Assembly: GCA_002269645.1 (NCBI GenBank)
Contig: NIVC01001279.1
Span: 1-64,000 of the forward strand
Source of the DNA: Macrostomum lignano
Lineage: Eukaryota
Reading direction: 5' to 3'
Length of the DNA stretch: 64,000 bases
Under the pieces are notes generated by a model. That model did no database searches and was not told the origin of the DNA. It saw only the letters and a list, made by a program, of their open reading frames with translations. Below are positions 1-11,490 of this stretch, piece by piece (position 1 is the stretch's first letter; every line of letters begins with the position of its first letter). A program made the position numbers and the translations under genes.

Positions 1-1813
1 GGTGATCGCGACTCAGACCGGCTACACTGACTTCAATTGTAAGTGGTGTTTCTAATTATCCTTGCGTCTAAAATGATCACGTATCATCCGTTAGACATCT
101 GATTCATCTGTTAGACATCTGATTCATCTGTTAGACATCTGATTCATCTGTTAGAATCTGATTCATCTGTTAGACATCTGAATCATCTGTAGACATCTGA
201 TTTATCTGTTAGACATTTGAATCATCTGTTAGAAATCTTAATCATCTGTTAGACATCTGAATCATCTTTTACACACCTGAAATCACCTGTTTGACCTAGG
301 ATAGGAAAAATTCCTATATAAAAGGCCCAGGCCTAAAAGGCAGACAATATCGATGGAAATTTTCAGTTTACGTCCGTGACCCTCCCATCCCGACGGCATC
401 CGCTGAGTATACCTTCTCGGACGTCGCACCGTCGCTGAGTGCCTGATGCGATGCAAATTCAGCGCCTCTGTCAACTGCTACGCCCACGCCTTTCGGCAGG
501 ATCTCAACCGCTGCGTCTTCTCGGCAACTTGGTGCGCCAGATTTGACATCACTGCACCGTCGAGTTTCGTGTACAGGAAACGTCTGAGCAAGCCCGATTT
601 TAGTGAGTTCTTATTGGACGATGCTTTGGTGGATTTGCCAAAAGCAAATCAGTCAGTGGACCGTGTCAGTGACCGTGTCAGTGGTCTAGCGCGGCGCTCT
701 TGATATGTCTGTGGCCCAGGCTTGATAGTGCATTTAACTACCTTGAGAAAAGTAAGTGTACATGCCTAACTATAAATAAAGTTAGGGCCGCTGTACACTC
801 CTGTGTGTGTGTGTGCCTGTGGGTATGTCTAAGTACGTATCTGCGCGCTTGTGTGGCTGCTCAGGGGAGTCGACGGAATGGGCAGTAATGCCTCTCGCCG
901 GTTGTGTGACAATGTCGCTCAAAGTGCGCCAGGCTGCACACAGGCCCTGCCTGTAAATTAGATGCTCGATTAGACTTAAGCTCAGTCGGTGAAGTGTTCG
1001 ATTAAGATGACCAGGTCCAGTTCGCAACAGAGAACATCAATAGCTACAGTATTAAATGCAGTGCATTTGTGTATAACTATAACTTATTAATCACTTCACG
1101 CAATCCATGCCGCAGATGTGTACGCCAGCGTTGGCAGTCGCAAGTTTCAAGTTATCCAACAACGATCTAAAGGCTTTTGAGCTTTGCTCAGTGCTGGGCC
1201 GACTACGAAAACGGATTCGGCGATGACAAAGACTTTTGGATTGGTAATGAGTCTATAAAAATGTTTTTTAATAGCTGATTTAGTCTAGTGACTAGTGAGC
1301 CTGTGCCTTGGGGGGCTGGCCCTCTTGGCTGTGAATCGCACGAAAAACCCTCGAAGGCTTAAATAAACCGATCAGCCAATTTTTGTATTTCAAGGATTGC
1401 GCAAAATCAACGAACTGACTGGAAACACGCCGCGACGCCTCCGCATCGAGGCTGTAACTCGCGAGAACAAGCTTTACGTTGCCGAGTACTCCGACTTCTC
1501 AGTTGGCGACGCGTCAACAAATTACTTGATGACATTCAATTCGTATTTGTCTGGAAGCTCCAACACCAGCGGAGATTCGCTCAGCATCAATAAGGGAATG
1601 AAATTCTCTACTCTGGATAGGGACAACGATGACAATTCGGACAGTTGCTCCCGAGAGTCCTACGGCTATGCCGGCTGGTGGTTCGAGCAGTGCTCCGACA
1701 GCAACCCTAACGGGATCTACTCGGCTGAGTTTAACAGCAATTCGGCCATGCACTATTGGGACGCCGACAAGAAAAAGGCGTTGAAAAGCATTCGACTCAT
1801 GGTGGAGATTTGA
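1..1813 (+). CDS. PAN/apple-like + fibrinogen-related domain (FReD) protein, 5'-truncated; exons <1-38, 367-602, 1116-1243, 1395-1813; two apparent 1-nt deletions (~412-414, ~1175-1178)
   Basis: All three introns are GT-AG and phase 1. Exon 2 gives RTVAECLMRCKFSASVNCYAHAFRQDLNRCVF (PAN-like Cys spacing). Exons 3-4 give FQVIQQR..SFAQCWADYENGFGDDKDFWIG|LRKINELT...MKFSTLDRDND...GWWFEQCSDSNPNG (FReD motifs). Exons 2 and 3 are each exactly 1 nt short of frame. Confidence 0.82.
85..290. repeat. 20-bp minisatellite (ATCTGTTAGACATCTGATTC)n in intron 1 of the FReD gene
   Basis: About 10 direct tandem copies visible. Confidence 0.9.
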
Positions 1814-1889
1814 GTTTGTAGCTACGCTCGTACGAACCATGCAGAGCGAGTGTTGAGTCGTTTGACGTTTTATTAGATGAGACCATTTG

Positions 1890-2415
1890 GACGGTGTGGT
1901 GTCGTTTTCATTTGAGACGATGTGTCATTTTCATTTGAGACGGTGTGTGGTGTCATTTTCATTTGAGACGGTGTGTGGTGTCATTTTCATTTGAGACGGT
2001 GTTGTTGTCATTTTCATTTGAGACGGTGTGTGGTGTCATTTTCACTTGAGACTGTGTGGTGTCATTTTCATTTAAGACGCTTCTGGTTCAGTTGGGACGG
2101 TGTGGTGTCATTTTCATTTGAGACTCTTCTGGTTCAGTTGGACGGTGTGGTATCATTTTCATTTGAGACTCTTCTGGTTCAGTTGGGACGGTGTGGTGTC
2201 ATTTTCATTTGAGACTCTTCTGGTTCAGTTGGGACGGTGTGGTGTCATTTTCATTTGAGACTCTTCTGGTTCAGTTGGGACGGTGTGGTGTCATTTTCAT
2301 TCGAGACGCTTCTGGTTCAGTTGGGACGGTGTGGTGTCATTTTCATTTGAGACGCTTCTGGTTCAGTTGGGACGTTGTGTGTGTGTGTGTGTGTGTGTGT
2401 AATTTTCATTTCAGA
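1890..2415. repeat. 26/46-bp tandem repeat (CGGTGTGGTGTCATTTTCATTTGAGA +/- CTCTTCTGGTTCAGTTGGGA) ending in (GT)n
   Basis: Direct tandem copies downstream of the FReD stop codon. Confidence 0.88.
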
Positions 2416-4692
2416 TGGTTTGGGTTAGTTTAGGACGGTGTTATTTGGGATAAATTGTTTTTTATTGCCGTAGCTACAGCTCATCCGAGATCCGATACCT
2501 ATAGCTGAGATTGCATGGTTGTCATATCTAGACGAGACAGTTTTTGTCATGTTTGTTATTAAATAATAATAAATAGAATATTTTTCTGTATTTTGTTCCT
2601 CATCTTTAAGCGCCGTAATTAATCTATTTAATCTTCTAATTATTTTATAATATGTTGCAAGGTATAGAGCATCACATTTATACACGTACACGTAAAGAGT
2701 AAATTGCTTTTTAAATATTTTAAATGCTTTTCTTAAACGCTTTTTCCTCCATTTGTTGTTTTCTTTAATAACAAATCTATTTGTCTTTTATAATTCATTA
2801 GAAATTGTGTCAAGAGCAGTAACTGCTTTTTTGTTTGTTTTAATTCTCACATATTTTTTCGAAAGTAACCTAAACTGTGTAACCTGTGTAACCTGTGTAA
2901 ACTGTGTAACTGTGTAACTGTGTAACCTAATTAATTAAGGCTAACAATTTTAAATTTAATTTTACTGCATTGTGTTGAAATAACAAAGGGAACGACGTAA
3001 ATGAATAATTTTATTTGTTTCTAACTTTGTTGTGCTGCAAACTATAAACTGAAGTGAAGAAGTTACAAAATCTATTTAATTATATTACGCAGCTATAAAA
3101 CAAAAATTCTTGTTAACCGATTTATTTTATAGTTTGAAAAAAGTTAACAGTTATCTAATTTTCAAAACAGAAAAGTTTTTGTCTCTACGATAATAAGTCG
3201 TCAGAGATATTGTGTAACTTTAAAAAAATCTATTGAACTTAACTCATATAAACTAAAAATTACTATCTAATAACATTTTATTAGAATGAACAATCTTTTA
3301 TTATTTATAATTATTGAATCGGTTAAAGAAAGGCTTTTTGAGTTCTTTTTACTACATTTTTAAACTTCATAGCGAAAAATTATTTCTACTTCTCCCCTTT
3401 CACTCCTGTCAGATGGTCAGTTCACACTTCTTTTAAACTGGGTCGGTGCACTAAGATAGTTTTTGGACAAACTGAATTGAATTAAACTTGTGACTCATAA
3501 GTACCTAATCAATCAGGGTACCAAGCTGCCAGTGTCTGTCGCTGATCTCTATTGAAGTGCGCGTAAATCCGTAGATTTGTTACAACGAGCATCGAATTTT
3601 CTAATTGGATGAGCCCGAGAGGACCCACTCGACTCTGATTGGCTGAGCTCATCGAATTCGTAACTAAAACTAATTTTAGTTGAATTAGGAAGCAAATTAT
3701 TTAATAGCTATAGACTTTTCCTTAAAATTATAAATTCAGTAATTATAAAGAAAAATCCTTTGCTAGCCTATTAAGAGTGATGTAAAAGCGAAGAAGATGA
3801 GTACTCTTAGGTCTGATTATAAGTTCAAACAAAGTTCGTCCCTATCATAAATTTAGTTCTTTTATCATTGAATCTGTGGTCCTTTGGGTTGTTACCAAAG
3901 TCAATTTAATCCTGGAAGCACAGCTCAGTGTCACTTAAGCCACAGACTGTCGTAGACGATCAACGATCGATATGTAATACCAACTTGATCTCAGTAGGCG
4001 GCTCAGTACTTCGCTGCAACCAAGCGAAAATCTGTTAGATTTAAAAAAATAGATCTTCGTTGCGCCTATGCTGCACCTCCTCATCGCATCCTGACAAAAC
4101 ACAGGAAAATCCACAGGAATAAAATTTTACTTTCCTGAAAAGTTCAAGCTCTTGTACATGTACGAGGGCTGTCCCAAGTGAATTACGTTTCACTATATCT
4201 CTTGTTCTGTGCTGATCCAAATAATATTACTTTGCACAAATTCATAGCGGCAACTCTCTTCTTCATATTATCTTTAACATCATTAAAAACTGACAATGGA
4301 AACAAAAGTTATAAACTAAAATGTAGCAGGACCCATGGAGGAAAGAGTAGAATGGATTGCTAATCTGAGCCAGTTATTTTTGTCTCGCTCGATCTTCACG
4401 TTTAACATATCCTTCCCCCCGTTCTTTCCTATTGGCTCGTGACTGCCATAGACGAAGTTAGTACGAGCTCGAATCAAAATATGCTTTCAGCCAATAGGAA
4501 GGAACGGGGGGAAGGGATGTTAAAAGTTAAAATCGAGAGAGATAAAAATAACTGGCTCAGATTAGCACTCCATTCTACACCTTTTTCCATTCTATTTTGG
4601 CAAACGTGCAATCAAGGTCAAAATCTTTTCATTCAATTCAGACAGTTAATGGTAGTTCTTGGCCGGATGTGCATACAATTCCACAGAATATA

Positions 4693-5843
4693 CACAGAAT
4701 GCCAAATCGAGCGATTTCCATGAAGCCGAATTAAAATTCGTGTGCACTACTCTTGTTGTGAAGTCTATGGCCAGTAGTATAAATTTGCGAAGAATAATTT
4801 ATCAAAGTCTCGCAGGCAGTCAGAGATCCTACCTGGAGGACCAAATGTAAAAATTTATCATTTTTTCGTATTTTATCATCTAAACAAACCAAACACTCTG
4901 AAGAACTCCAGTTAAGCAGAATTCATTCGCATCACAGTTAAACTACAGTTAAACAGCATTTAATCGCATCAGCTTCTTCCTCTCTTCAGCTCTCTTTATT
5001 CCTGTCGTGCGCCCCCCCCCCGCTTTCTCTGCTGAGCGAGCGTCCTCTGACTGTTGCACCAGTGATGCAGGCGAAGTCTGGCAAACAACTTGGCCATTGC
5101 CTTAGCACAGCGTTCGCCGTGATCCGAGCTGTGCGTCTGAATATTAGCAAGAACAATGGGAAAGAACTTTTCCTGAAGCCGTTTGCTCACGTCCTTCAGA
5201 ACGAACAGCTCTTTGTCCGTTGTCGTGAAGGTGCGCTCCATCTGACAGACTGCAGATATGACTGCCTTGTTGGAAATGATCAGATTTCCAGTCCCGCCCT
5301 GTCCGTTCTTGAGCTGCAGGAAGCGCATCTCTCCCGAGCCATCGCCTTTTAACGACTGCTGGCACTCCTCGCACTTTTCCTCAGATTTGAATAGCTTGAA
5401 AAGCAGCCAGCCTCCAATGTAGGCGCACTTCTCATTCTCAATGCTGCCGACTGTGCCAGCAGGCAGGTCTTGAGCTTCCTCAGTGGAGTCTGCTGAAATC
5501 AGGCCATCGCCCTGCGGACCAGGACTGGGCGCACTTGCACTTGCTGTTACTTTGGCCTGAAACTCGGTCAGCAAGGTGCTGCCATCGTTCTCGCAGTTGC
5601 TGTTAGTCTGCGATAGACAGTCCAACAAGTGGTTGACAGTGAATTTTCCAGCCATGCTGCGCAGAAAAGCGCAGACTGAACTTAGTTTTCATTTGAAAGC
5701 AAAGAATAAAAGTCGCTCTTAGAATAGTCTATGGCAAAAACTCAAGCCCTACTTATCAAAGCTTCACAACAAGAGTAGGCTGGTGTGATTTCAATTCTTG
5801 CACCGATTTTTTTAAACAAAAATGCTCGAATCGGCATTCTGTG
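4693..5843. mobile_element. Inner 1151-bp DNA element with CACAG termini, flanked by TA on both sides, nested in the mariner-like element
   Basis: CACAGAATGCCAAATCGAGC (4693-4712) vs reverse complement of 5824-5843 CACAGAATGCCGATTCGAGC (18/20). A second perfect 17-bp inverted block CTACTCTTGTTGTGAAG sits at 4747-4763 / 5762-5778. TA at 4691-4692 and 5844-5845. Confidence 0.68.
4996..5655 (-). CDS. 219-aa ORF resembling the C-terminal region of P-element/THAP9-type transposases (no catalytic core)
   Basis: Motifs SNCEND..LL, AYIGGWLLFKL..CEEC, GNLIISN..V..VCQME..F, H...C...LFARLRLHHW match my recollection of the P-transposase C-terminal Zn-binding region. ATG-to-stop intact. Confidence 0.6.
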   Translation of the reverse strand: MAGKFTVNHLLDCLSQTNSNCENDGSTLLTEFQAKVTASASAPSPGPQGDGLISADSTEEAQDLPAGTVGSIENEKCAYIGGWLLFKLFKSEEKCEECQQSLKGDGSGEMRFLQLKNGQGGTGNLIISNKAVISAVCQMERTFTTTDKELFVLKDVSKRLQEKFFPIVLANIQTHSSDHGERCAKAMAKLFARLRLHHWCNSQRTLAQQRKRGGGARQE

Positions 5844-6959
5844 TACAATTCCGACAACTGTGCTTTCAAAAGCGACAATTTTCAAACAAAGCAAACAAGC
5901 TACCACGAGAAACCGACACTTTGCAATCAATTCTGACAGTTGGCTATGAATTAGCTTTTTCTGTCCTCCTATCTATATGGCTCTTACTGCGAAATTTCCA
6001 ATCAATTCCCACAAATTTCAATCTATTTAGACAAGCTACTTTTTACTTTGGGTGGGGCCAGGGCTAAATGTGCATGTGCAGGGCTAAATCTATGGGTGTT
6101 CCGAATCTCCAAGTTTCTCTCCATGATGTGGCTATGGCATTCGCAGTACGAGCAGTATTGTTGAATCTCGGCTCAAACTGTGCCCCAGCCAGCCCCCAAA
6201 GGGTGTTAACACACTCCTCTGAGCAACACTTGAATGCACATCCGGGACTTTTAGCGCAGCAAAAGGAGGGAACAAAAAGCATTGCTACACAATAGAAGCG
6301 GTCTTTCGCGTCCCTGGGATTTCCCTAGGGAATTCCGGAATTACTGAAGCTAAGAGCTGAAGCCCAGTTGGAAATATTCTGATGCTTTAAAAGCTATATT
6401 AAAATATGCTTCTCCAATTTTTCCATAGATATCTCTTTGTCACAGCAGTCTAACAAAAAAGTTTGAGTACGTATTAAATCAAAAGTACTTTCGCTACTTT
6501 CCGCTAGCTTATCGAATTACTGTAAGTCTATTGTCGAGGTCCTGCTATATGTTAGTTCATAACTTGCGTTTCCATTGTCAGTTTTTAATGATGTTAAAGA
6601 TAATATGAAGAAGAGAGTTGCCGCTATAAATCTATGCAAAATGATATGTTATTAATACATGATAATATATGACATATGATAATGTTATTTGGATCAGCAG
6701 AACGAGAGATATAAAGAAAAGTAACACTACTACTTTTGGGACAGCCCTCGTATTATCAGCATCAGTGGGTGATTCGGTTGGAACAATTCTGTCTAACAGG
6801 TGACAGCTACTGTCTAATAAGAAGTTTTACCAGTGCAAATTAATCAACTGCAGAAATCAGTCGCTGAAGTTTTTTGTTCGCACGAAGTGAAAATTTATAA
6901 TTGTTAAAGAAATTTTGCATCAGACACGCTCAATCGAGATGAGAATGAAGCTGTTTTAC

Positions 6960-7108
6960 ATAATTAAATAATTAAATAATTAAGTAATTAAATAATTAAA
7001 TAATTAAGTAATTAAATAATTAATTAAATAATTAAATAATTAAATAATTAAGTAATTAAATAATTAAGTAATTAAATAATTAAATAATTAAGTAATTAAA
7101 TAATTAAA
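6960..7108. repeat. AT-rich 8-bp microsatellite (TAATTAAA/TAATTAAG)n
   Basis: Direct reading. Confidence 0.9.
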
Positions 7109-7786
7109 CATTTAAGTTTTAAAATAAGTGTTAGATTTTCAGACCGAATTTAAAACGAATAATGTGAGCACATCAGAGCTAAATCTTATAATCAGATTTA
7201 TATTAGCAGACAATTACAAGTTGCATTATCAAGGACTACTAGACTAGAAGGACGCAACACTTGCAAATCGTGCAAAAATAGTTGAAGGCCGATTATTAAA
7301 ATGTCTGTATTTCCGAATCAATTGCATGTAGAACGTGTCACGTTATTTGATGTTGTCCGTGACCCTTAAAAGGGCCGTTTTAGTCCCAAATGAATCGAGT
7401 CAAGTCTTGATAGCGGATTTGTGTAGCGGAGCACTTGGCACACAAGGCCGGAAGCTGGCCGTAGTTGGTTATTATTGTTGAGATCAATATTCGATGCGGT
7501 TAATATCAATATAGAACTTATTGCGCGTTGGGGCACTGGCGGCTGCAACAATGGTTTTGAATTGAAGGTGAGTTAGAGATTGTAGTCGAGTGGTAGGCGA
7601 GTGATGCAAGACGATGCAACGTGGTGAGTAACGGCGATGAGTACAACAGACGGCGATGAGTACAACAGTGGCTTGACTTACTTACTTGACTTAGCTGCAG
7701 GGCGGTCCGAAGACGCAGCGGGGAGGCGAGCGTCGCCCATTCCGCTAATCCCTGAAAGACCCGCATAGGCTAGGGCGCGGGGCCGG

Positions 7787-10700
7787 TCAGGGAGGTCTGC
7801 CGGTCCTGTCTGCAGCGTTGTCTTCGGTGGGGAAGACGGAGGCTCGCTTGGTGGCCCGGAGGAACCGGATGAGCCGTGGGATGTTCTCGGGCCGGCAAAC
7901 GTCGTCCAGGGACGGGTTGGGCCCGAGGTGGTTGAGCCGGTCTCGGTTGAAGGCCGGGCAGTAGCAGACGAAGTGCATGGCATCTTCATTCTCGAGGCTG
8001 CAGAAGGGGCAGAGTTCACTCCGGCGAACACATCGGAGGAAGCAGTGCCTGGCAAAGCAACCGTGACCTGTGAAGGTCATAGTGAGAGCGCGGATATCTT
8101 TTCGATTTTGATTCAAAAGGATTCTCCGCAGCTTGAGGGACGGATTGGGCACTGCCGCACGAGATTGGCGGCAGTTGGAGATACCATCCCATCTGCGCAA
8201 GTGCAGGATGTCCGCCCAGTCGTTAATCTGACGATTAATGACTGTGGCGGGGATGGGGGCCAGGGGCACGGGGCCAAGGGGCGAGCCGGAACAGCCCGCC
8301 TTAGCGAGGGAGTCGGCGAGCTCGTTACCTTTGAAGCCGGCGTGTCCTGGGATCCACGTGAGCCGGACGGTGTTCCTCCGAGCCAGCTTGTTGAGCTGCC
8401 CGATACAGTCGCGGACTGTTCGGGAGTTCGTAGTGGTGTGACACAGGGCCTGTAAAGCGGCCTGGCTGTCAGAGTGGAAGAAGATTCTTTGTCCTTGAAG
8501 TCCTTGCGGTGGAGCTCAGCTGCACAGGAGCTGATGGCAAGGACTTCATTCTGGAAGACGCTGGAGAGTCTGCCAGTGTGTTGGGCGTGAGTAGCAATCA
8601 CGCGGCCGTTGATAAGGATGCAGACTCCAAAGCCGGATAAACCGTCTTTGGAGGATCCGTCAGTGAAGCAGTGAACCTCCTGAGGGGCCCAGCTGTCGTT
8701 GGCGTTCTCCCTGGAGGGGATCGTGACCTTGAAGCGTTGGTAGAGGTTGAGGGAGCGCGGTTCAGCGTCCGAAAGGACAGCCGCACTCCCACTCTCCTCC
8801 AGAACTTTAAGGCACAGGTCAGAGTGCGGCAGGAGCTTGCGCTTCGCCATCGCTCTTTGTGGCTTGAAGCTAACACCAGCCTCGATGAGCCGGCGGGTGG
8901 TTTTAGCAGCCTCGCGACGGACAAAGATGTCCAGAGGCGGGAGGCAGAGAAAGGCGTTGAGGCCGTCAAAGGGAGCAGAGAGCGGGGCATTCAGGATCAT
9001 GCGGCACGCACGTCCCTGCACCTTTTTGAGGGCTTCGTGGCAGGTTTTAATCTGCAAGGCGCTGGTCCAGACCAGGCCGGCGTATGTAACGGCCGGTCGG
9101 ACCATTGCGGTATAGATCCACCAGAGACGCTTTGGGGTGAGGCCCCAGGTGGTGCCGACGGCTCTGCGCAGCTGCGCAAGAATCGCGAGGGCTTTTTTGG
9201 TTTTGGCCTGGACGTGGGTGGACCAGCTCAGCCGGTGGTCCAGCGTAACGCCGAGACACTTGGTTTGCTTGCAGGATGGAATTTCCACCCGTAAAGCTTT
9301 AGTGGGCGAATACGCCAGTTTACCCTGCTGGTGAACATGATCGCGACAGTTTTGGTCTCGGAGAGCCTGAGGCCGCACCTGTCCGCCCAACGTTCAGCAG
9401 AGCGAATGAAGTTTTGCAAAAGATCTCTAAGGGTTTCAGGTGACGGTCCGGATGCCACGGCTGTGACATCATCGGCGTAACCGACCTTGAGGATGGGGTC
9501 AAGATGGCTGTCCTGGAGGAGCTCATCGATGACCATGTTCCAGAGAACTGGAGAGAGGACACCGCCCTGGGGGCTGCCTTTGCAGACGGTTACCGTCCGT
9601 TGGTGGCCCAACAGGTGTGCGGTGGCAGTACGGTGGCTGATCATATACATGATCCACCGGGTGAGGTGCGAGTGGGTTCCTCTAGCACGTAGAGCTCTGT
9701 CAAAGGCCTCAAAGAGGACATTATCGAAGGCTCCAACAATGTCGAGGAAGACAGCGAGAGCGTAGCCATTACCAAGAACGGCTTTCTCCAGCATGTCAAC
9801 CAGAACGTGAAGCGCGCTCTCCGTGGACCTGCCTGCCCGAAAGGCATGCTGGTTCTCACTGAGCGGCTTGTTCTTCAGTTCCACAGAGAGGAGGCGCCAG
9901 AGCACCAGTCTCTCTAACAGCTTCACCAATGAGGAGGTGAGGCTAATTGGTCTGAAGGATTTAATGGACCGGTAGTCCGGTCGGCCAGGCTTGGGGATAA
10001 AGACCACCTTGGCCTCGGTCCAGGATTTCGGAACAAAGCCGAGCACAATGCAGGCTTTCAGAAGCCGGCAAAGGTTCCGCAGGAAACCGGTGCATTTCAC
10101 CGCCTCCCGCAGGAAGGCTGGCACAACGCCGTCCGGTCCTGGGGATTTGAAGGGTTTGAAGGAGGAGACAGCTTTAGTAACGCGGTCCTCCGTGATGATT
10201 GAGTCAGCCAGTACGTGTCCGCCCACTGAGTGGTCAGGGGGGCCGGGCCTAGCTGGCTCGTTCGGGAAAAACGCTGTTAGCATCGCTTCCAGTGTTTCTC
10301 CTGGGTTCTCAGTGAGCGAGCCGTCGGCTCTCTTGACTGAGGAGAGTTTGGACATTTTGTCCAGGGTGAGGGCTTTAACGATTCTGGAGGTGGGGCGGGA
10401 GCCCTCAAGTTCCTCACAGTATTCGCGCCACTTGTTGGTTTTGGCGTTCCTAACCTGCCTCTTGAACTCGTGGATAGAGTTCAGGTAGGCGGTTTGGTCG
10501 GCCGGGTTTTTAGTTTTTTGGGCCCTGCGGTGAAGCCTTTTGGCTCTGCGACGGAGGTCGCCAAGCTGCGGGTTCCACCATGGGGCCGACTGTTTGCCTT
10601 TATATGCCTTTAGTGGGCATGAGGCTTCGAAGGCAGCAGTGAGCGAGTCCGTAAGTGCGGCCGCAAATTCATCTGCTTCTTCGCAGGTGTTGATGGAGAC

Positions 10701-11488
10701 TGGAGCGCTAGTGCAACGATAGGTCTCCTCCAGGGCAAGCCTGAAGGCGGTCCAGTCGGTATTCCTAGCATTCCGTTTCCAGTAAAGCTGGCCTGCGTTA
10801 CGGGCGCTGGCCAGCGTGAAAGAGATGAACTTGTGATCGGAGAGGGACGCCTCAGGAAGCACCCGCCATTCCCTAGTGCTCTGGAAGAGCCTGGGCGTGG
10901 CGAGGGTGGCATCCAGCACCTCCGATCGGCGTCCGTTATTGAAGGTAGGGGTACTACCCGAGTTACAGAACTCAAGGGTTGTAGTAGCAATATAAGCCAG
11001 GAAGTCTTCACCTCTCTGGTTTATATCAGAACTGCCCCAGTGGGTGTGGTGGGCATTGATGTCACCTGCCACGAGCAGCTCATAGTTTCTGGTGGAGCAG
11101 AGCTCGACCAGTGTGACAAGCTCTACTGGGATCATCTCGCCGTCGCCCGGTAGGTAAACCGAGGCGATGAGGGTAGTCCTCCCAGGGAGTATGTCTTCAG
11201 ACTGGATGACACAGATGTCCCTGGTGGACAGGTCTGATCTGAGCCATGCGTTAATAGAACTGGACACCATGATGCAGGATCTTGGTGCCAGGTTTCCCTC
11301 CCGGGTACCAGCGGTTAAACACTGGTAGCCGGTGGGACATGTTGGGGGCTGCCCCTAAGCGTCCAAGGTTCCTGGATAAGGATAATCCCTGGCACGTATT
11401 GGTCAGTGTGCTTCAAGAGGTTGACTGAAGCAGCAATGCTGTGCTGCAGGTTGACCTGCAAGCAGTGGATGCCCTGGGAGACAGTCAT
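7787..11488 (-). CDS. LINE ORF2: AP endonuclease + reverse transcriptase + RNase H + C-terminal CCHC; three apparent 1-nt deletions (~11344-11348, ~9288-9290, ~8488-8490)
   Basis: APE: QVNLQH, IQEPW, GDINAHH..WGS, SDH. RT: FRPISLTS, QHAFRAGRSTE, GSPQGGVLSP, YADD, KCLGVTLD. RNase H: FTDGS, ELAISS, SDSQAAL, WIPGHAG..GNE.AD. Zn knuckle: CPFC...EDAMHFVCYCP. Restoring one base in each homopolymer gives one continuous ORF from ATG 11488. Confidence 0.93.
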
Positions 11489-11490
11489 GT

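Larger units (their letters stand above)
4163..6750. mobile_element. Non-autonomous Tc1/mariner-like DNA element, 2588 bp, long imperfect TIRs, TA TSD
   Basis: TA|CGAGGGCTGTCCCAA at 4161-4177 and TTGGGACAGCCCTCG|TA at 6736-6752. Inverted similarity extends over 4163-4333 vs 6538-6750, including a long identical core. CGAGGG termini with TA duplication are typical of mariner-type elements. No DDD/E transposase seen. Confidence 0.8.

Noticed and set aside
3595-3660. Paired ATTGG boxes as a promoter
   Set aside because: No adjacent gene start identified, and the motif is too short to support a call.
6064-6295. Cys-rich short ORFs as a THAP domain belonging to the P-like ORF
   Set aside because: They lack the C2CH spacing and the conserved P/W/F residues, and lie outside the inner element.
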